A DNA stretch of 54,973 nt, from contig NC_068986.1 in assembly GCF_001194135.2 (NCBI RefSeq), forward strand, positions 46,895,640 to 46,950,612, read 5' to 3'. Numbering within the stretch: position 1 is the stretch's first letter; every line of letters starts with the position of its first letter. This stretch comes from Octopus bimaculoides. Lineage: Eukaryota. Below are positions 50,570 through 54,973 of this stretch, one piece after another. The translations under genes were made by a program, and so were the position numbers. Below the pieces are notes generated by a model. It was not told the origin of the DNA. It searched no databases and saw only the letters and a list, made by a program, of their open reading frames with translations.

Positions 50570-51205
50570 ATTCATACCGAGAAAGACTCACAGAAAAGGA
50601 ATACAATTACATTACCAATTTCAAGTGTAAATCAAGTTTATTCTACGGTATCCTCAAAATTCACAAAAGCAGAAAAATAAGCGAGGCATGCAAAGAAGCT
50701 ACAGACATAATCATCAAGGTCCCCTCACCTAATGACCTTAAACTAAGATCAATAATAGCAGGTCCAGCATGCAAAACACACCACCTCAGCAACTTCCTAG
50801 ACACTCTGCTGAAACTCTTTCTCAAACACATCAAGAGTTACATAAGGGATGATCTGGACATGCTCAACCACCTCCCAAAAACGAGAAAACCCTTCTAGTA
50901 TCAATGAGAAAACCCTAATAGTATCCTTCGACGTAGTTAACCTATATTCAAACATCCCCCTCACTCTAGGAATAGAAGCAATCACATTCTGGTTAGACAA
51001 CTACACCTATGAATTCCCCTCTCGCATCAAAAAAGAACTCATAATAGAAGGACTAAGATTTTTCCTAGAGAACAATTATTTTATATTTAATAATGACTAC
51101 TTCTGATAAAAACCGGGGATAACAATGGGAACACGGAATGCACCTTCTTTTGCGAATCTGGTAATGGTCTATCGCAAAATTAAACTATACCAGTATATTC
51201 GCATG
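50570..51205 (+). mobile_element. Penelope-like reverse transcriptase N-terminal half
   Basis: RLTEKEYNYITNF..FYGILKIHK..KLRSIIAGPACKTHHLSNFLD..LIVSFDVVNLYSNIP..LENNYFIFN...MGTRNAPSFANLVM. Confidence 0.9.
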
Positions 51206-51225
51206 TATGTATCTACGAATAATGA

Positions 51226-51563
51226 AGGCGCATGGCTCAGTGATTAGAGCCTCGGGCTCACAATCATAAGATAGTGAGTTCGATTCCTGGACCGGACTGT
51301 GCGTTGTGTTTTTGAGCAGGACATTTTATTTCACGTTGCTCCAGTTCACTTAGCTGTAGAAATGAATAGATACGTCACTGGTGCCAAGCTGTATCAGCCT
51401 CTGCCCTTTCCTTGGATAACATCGGCGGGGTGGAGAGGGGAGGCTGTTCATGGGCTGCTGCTGGTCTTCTATAAACAACCCTGCCCAGACTTGTGCCTCG
51501 GGAGGTAACTTTCAAAGTGCAATCTCATGGTCATTCATAACTGAAAGGTGTCTTTTACTTTTT
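51226..51563 (+). mobile_element. Full-length tRNA-derived SINE
   Basis: A box tggctcagtgattag, B box gagttcgattcc, a CORE-like gcgttgtgtttttgagcaggacattttatttcacgttgctccag, and a T-rich tail. Confidence 0.92.
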
Positions 51564-51686
51564 CTGTATATGTATAATTCTGTATATATGTGTACCTGTC
51601 GATATACGCGGGGCAGTGTATTTAAATCTGTCTATATTTCAATGACACTGTGTGCATGTGATCTGTGTGTCTGTTATATATGTATG

Positions 51687-51718
<32 letters not shown>

Positions 51719-52964
51719 TATATATATATANNNNNNNNNNNNNNNNNNNNNNNNNNNNNNNNNNNNNNNNNNNNNNNNNNNNNNNNNNNNNNNNNNNNNN
51801 NNNNNNNNNNNNNNNNNNNNNNNNNNNNNNNNNNNNNNNNNNNNNNNNNNNNNNNNNNNNNNNNNNNNNNNNNNNNNNNNNNNNNNNNNNNNNNNNNNNN
51901 NNNNNNNNNNNNNNNNNNNNNNNNNNNNNNNNNNNNNNNNNNNNNNNNNNNNNNNNNNNNNNNNNNNNNNNNNNNNNNNNNNNNNNNNNNNNNNNNNNNN
52001 NNNNNNNNNNNNNNNNNNNNNNNNNNNNNNNNNNNNNNNNNNNNNNNNNNNNNNNNNNNNNNNNNNNNNNNNNNNNNNNNNNNNNNNNNNNNNNNNNNNN
52101 NNNNNNNNNNNNNNNNNNNNNNNNNNNNNNNNNNNNNNNNNNNNNNNNNNNNNNNNNNNNNNNNNNNNNNNNNNNNNNNNNNNNNNNNNNNNNNNNNNNN
52201 NNNNNNNNNNNNNNNNNNNNNNNNNNNNNNNNNNNNNNNNNNNNNNNNNNNNNNNNNNNNNNNNNNNNNNNNNNNNNNNNNNNTATATATATACCAAAAT
52301 TACCATAAATGACTTATACATTAATCTGTTGGTACATGAATTAATTAAAATATCGTCTCCGTATCAGTTTATATATGCTAATCGTTTTTAGCGTTTGTTT
52401 CCAACAGTATACAATATAAATATTTTTAAAAATCACTATTACAAGCTTATCTGAAAGGTTAGTGAATGAAGAATAAACAAATTCGGAAACATTATTCTAT
52501 ATTATCATATTTTCTCTTTGATGCGTAATCTTTCATAACCTTATAAATAGTTACTAATTTTAGCACGCTAACGCCGCACAAACTTGTTTCATAAGGTTCC
52601 TTTGCGCCATATTTCTAATGATAAAGTCTATTAAGTTCCCTGGACGCCTCTTTTAGTAAGCTTTTGTTTTATTTTTACCAAAAGACCTCAGGTTGTACGT
52701 TATATAAAAATGAGATGGTTATAAAAAGCGTTTTAAGACCTATACAAGGCTGGTGCTGAATTGCCTTCATGTTATCTATAATAGCGATATTAAAAGTTAT
52801 TCTACAAATACATTTCAAATAGTAATTTCTAGCAATCCTATTTTTTTGTCACACTGCATGTTGTCTGGCCATTGAATACCAAAAAAGTAGTCTTAATTTT
52901 TAACTACAAAAAGATCTTTTTTTCTAACTGAATAAAGAAAAAAACACTGTTGTTCCAATTTTTT

Positions 52965-53160
52965 CTGGATGGATTGGAGTTTAGACTTCGATTCCCAGAC
53001 AAGGCAGTGCGTTTTACTATTTAGCTGTAAATGAGTAACCCTACGACAGACTGATGTCCCGTTCTAATGGTATACTATAATCTCGGTCATTTATACACCA
53101 AGAAAACTGTGTAAACGGTTCTGAGTCCTAAGACTCGAGGCAGTACTTTACTGTTTTCAT
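52965..53160 (+). mobile_element. Diverged SINE
   Basis: B-box-like acttcgattccc, then aaccctacgacagactgatgtcccgttc, and a T-rich tail. Confidence 0.5.
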
Positions 53161-53429
53161 TCGAGGCTTCATTCAGGTTTTTCTTGGCAATGTTGAACTT
53201 TATTAATATTTTAAGTCACACTTCGACAAGAGCCCTGGATCAAGAATTTAGCTTATGCTGCAGGTTATCTTCAAATATCTATTGCTTTAAGTTCACTCTC
53301 TGCATCCTTCAATTACTTTACGTCAATTCCCTTGAGCAAGGCATAAACATCACAATATTGCATTTCCTCTTTCCCCCCTAAATGTAGAGTTTCGTATGAA
53401 ATCGAATTCCTTTATTTTGAGTCGTGTTC

Positions 53430-53590
53430 ATAATGGTTGTTATTCGTCGGAGTGCAAATGCCGACGAGGTTAGTTTTGCCTTTCAACTTTTAGGATCAAT
53501 GAAGTAGCATTCAAATACTGGGGTTGATGTAATCGACTAGCCCCCTCCCCTGAAATTGCTGAACTTGTCCCAAAATTAGAATTATGATTT
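53430..53590 (+). mobile_element. Diverged SINE (family of 14878-15437)
   Basis: gtgcaaatgccgacgaggttagttttgccttt...tactggggttgatgtaatcgactagcccctcccctgaaattgctg. Confidence 0.75.
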
Positions 53591-54805
53591 TGAATATATA
53601 AATGTAACATGCCTAAACTTTTATGTTTCAATAGGCGAATCTTTAGGATTTAACGTAATAATGTTTTCAACAGTGTCTCCATGAATAAGTTCTGGACAGA
53701 TGTGGGTTCAAATTTGTTTATTACGATACATAATTATGGATGTTGGGGCAATAAGAGGTATTGTGCATGAACAGAATTCAAATTACTGGTGATAATTTAT
53801 TTTCTTGCAAAGAGAAATGTAATACGAACCTATACAATGATAAAGAATGAGAGTTGCTGAATAGAATCTCTAACCCATCTGCAAATGTATTTTATTTTAC
53901 TGTATCATATGAATACATAAGCAGCTAGAATATAGCAATTAACGTAAATCGAAGATTAAAGATGACAGAAGACCAGGTAAACGCTCTTGCTAGCAGCTAT
54001 ATTTCTACAGAATAGTCATAACAATCATGAGCAGATGCTGCAGTACACTAAATGATGTTCTGATATATTTTAGTAATATTTTATATACTTTTTCACCTGC
54101 ATCCTCCAACACATCCGGTTATTTTTTAATGCTTTGTCTACTGACATAAGTTATACTTCTATATGAGTAGCTAATTCTAAACATTTTTCTGTTATAAATT
54201 ATTCTAAGAATTTCAATATCAGTAAAATTAAGCGGATTAATCATTATTTTTAAATTGGGACAAGGGTGAAAATTTAGAGACTAAGGTACAGTCAATTTAA
54301 TCAAACCAGTACTTAACTGTTACTTGTTTTATCGAGCCTGTCACGTTGATAATTCAGAATATAAAAATTTATAATTAATTAAACTTTTATTTGACAATAT
54401 TAAGTTTTCAATCATCATTTACGGAATCAGTTATCATATTTGGCTTTCACAAAACAAATTATTCTATTTTAACACTTTCTAGCAAAAATCTAGAGCTAAT
54501 TCAAGGGAGATAGCAATATAGATATTCTTATAAGTGATCTTCTGTAGTCTGCGCATTTATTTTGAAATCCCGTACAGTCCCGTGTAACCGGATTTATACT
54601 CATTCAAAATGGAGACAAGTACAAACATTTCCATGTGGTACGCTTGAATAATTATGAAAATCTCTTCACATGAAAGCATTGGTGACCTTGTAAACTCGCA
54701 AAAATTGTTTATCCATTAATGCTATGTTTAGCACTCGTTCTCAGTGCTCGATATTAGTGTATAATTGTGTGTGTGTGTGTGCGCGCGCGCGCGCAAATGA
54801 ATATG

Positions 54806-54843
<38 letters not shown>

Positions 54844-54973
54844 GAGAGAGGGGGGAAGAGAGATAGATAGATAGATAGGTAGATAGATACATTTCTTTTA
54901 TTAGCCACACAGGGCTCAACGAAGATGGGACAAATACAATGTAGAGCTTTTCTTTTTGGGAGGGGGAAGGGGG

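Noticed and set aside
51226-51300. tRNA gene
   Set aside because: The A and B boxes are present, but the sequence continues into a SINE body and tail and no complete cloverleaf is evident.
7658-52391. Long ORFs containing X runs or YIYI/HTHT/CVCV/SLSL tracts
   Set aside because: They are artefacts of N-gaps and microsatellites, not genes.

Overview
AT-rich, microsatellite-saturated eukaryotic DNA with many N-gaps, most flanked by simple repeats. The SINE, LINE and microsatellite landscape looks like a coleoid cephalopod, most likely Octopus (inference from recalled repeat families, not from a search). I find no confident host protein-coding exon, so the window is probably intronic or intergenic. 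Most listed ORFs are artefacts of microsatellites or gaps, and the rest that I can interpret are decayed transposon fragments. Main content: (1) five copies of an R4/Dong-like RLE non-LTR retrotransposon, four of them embedded in (CATA)n, three sharing a GAGAC|ATACAT 3' junction, and with a covarying 3'UTR stem; (2) many Penelope-like element (PLE) fragments, several ending in hammerhead-ribozyme-like motifs; (3) a complete DD41D (rosa/Visitor) Tc1/mariner element with TIRs and TA TSD; (4) a complete Merlin element with about 39-bp TIRs and a perfect 8-bp TSD; (5) a Buster/Charlie-type hAT remnant; (6) RTE and CR1 LINE remnants; (7) many tRNA-derived SINEs; (8) three long fold-back palindromes. 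All alignments and translations were done by eye, so boundaries are approximate unless a junction is quoted.
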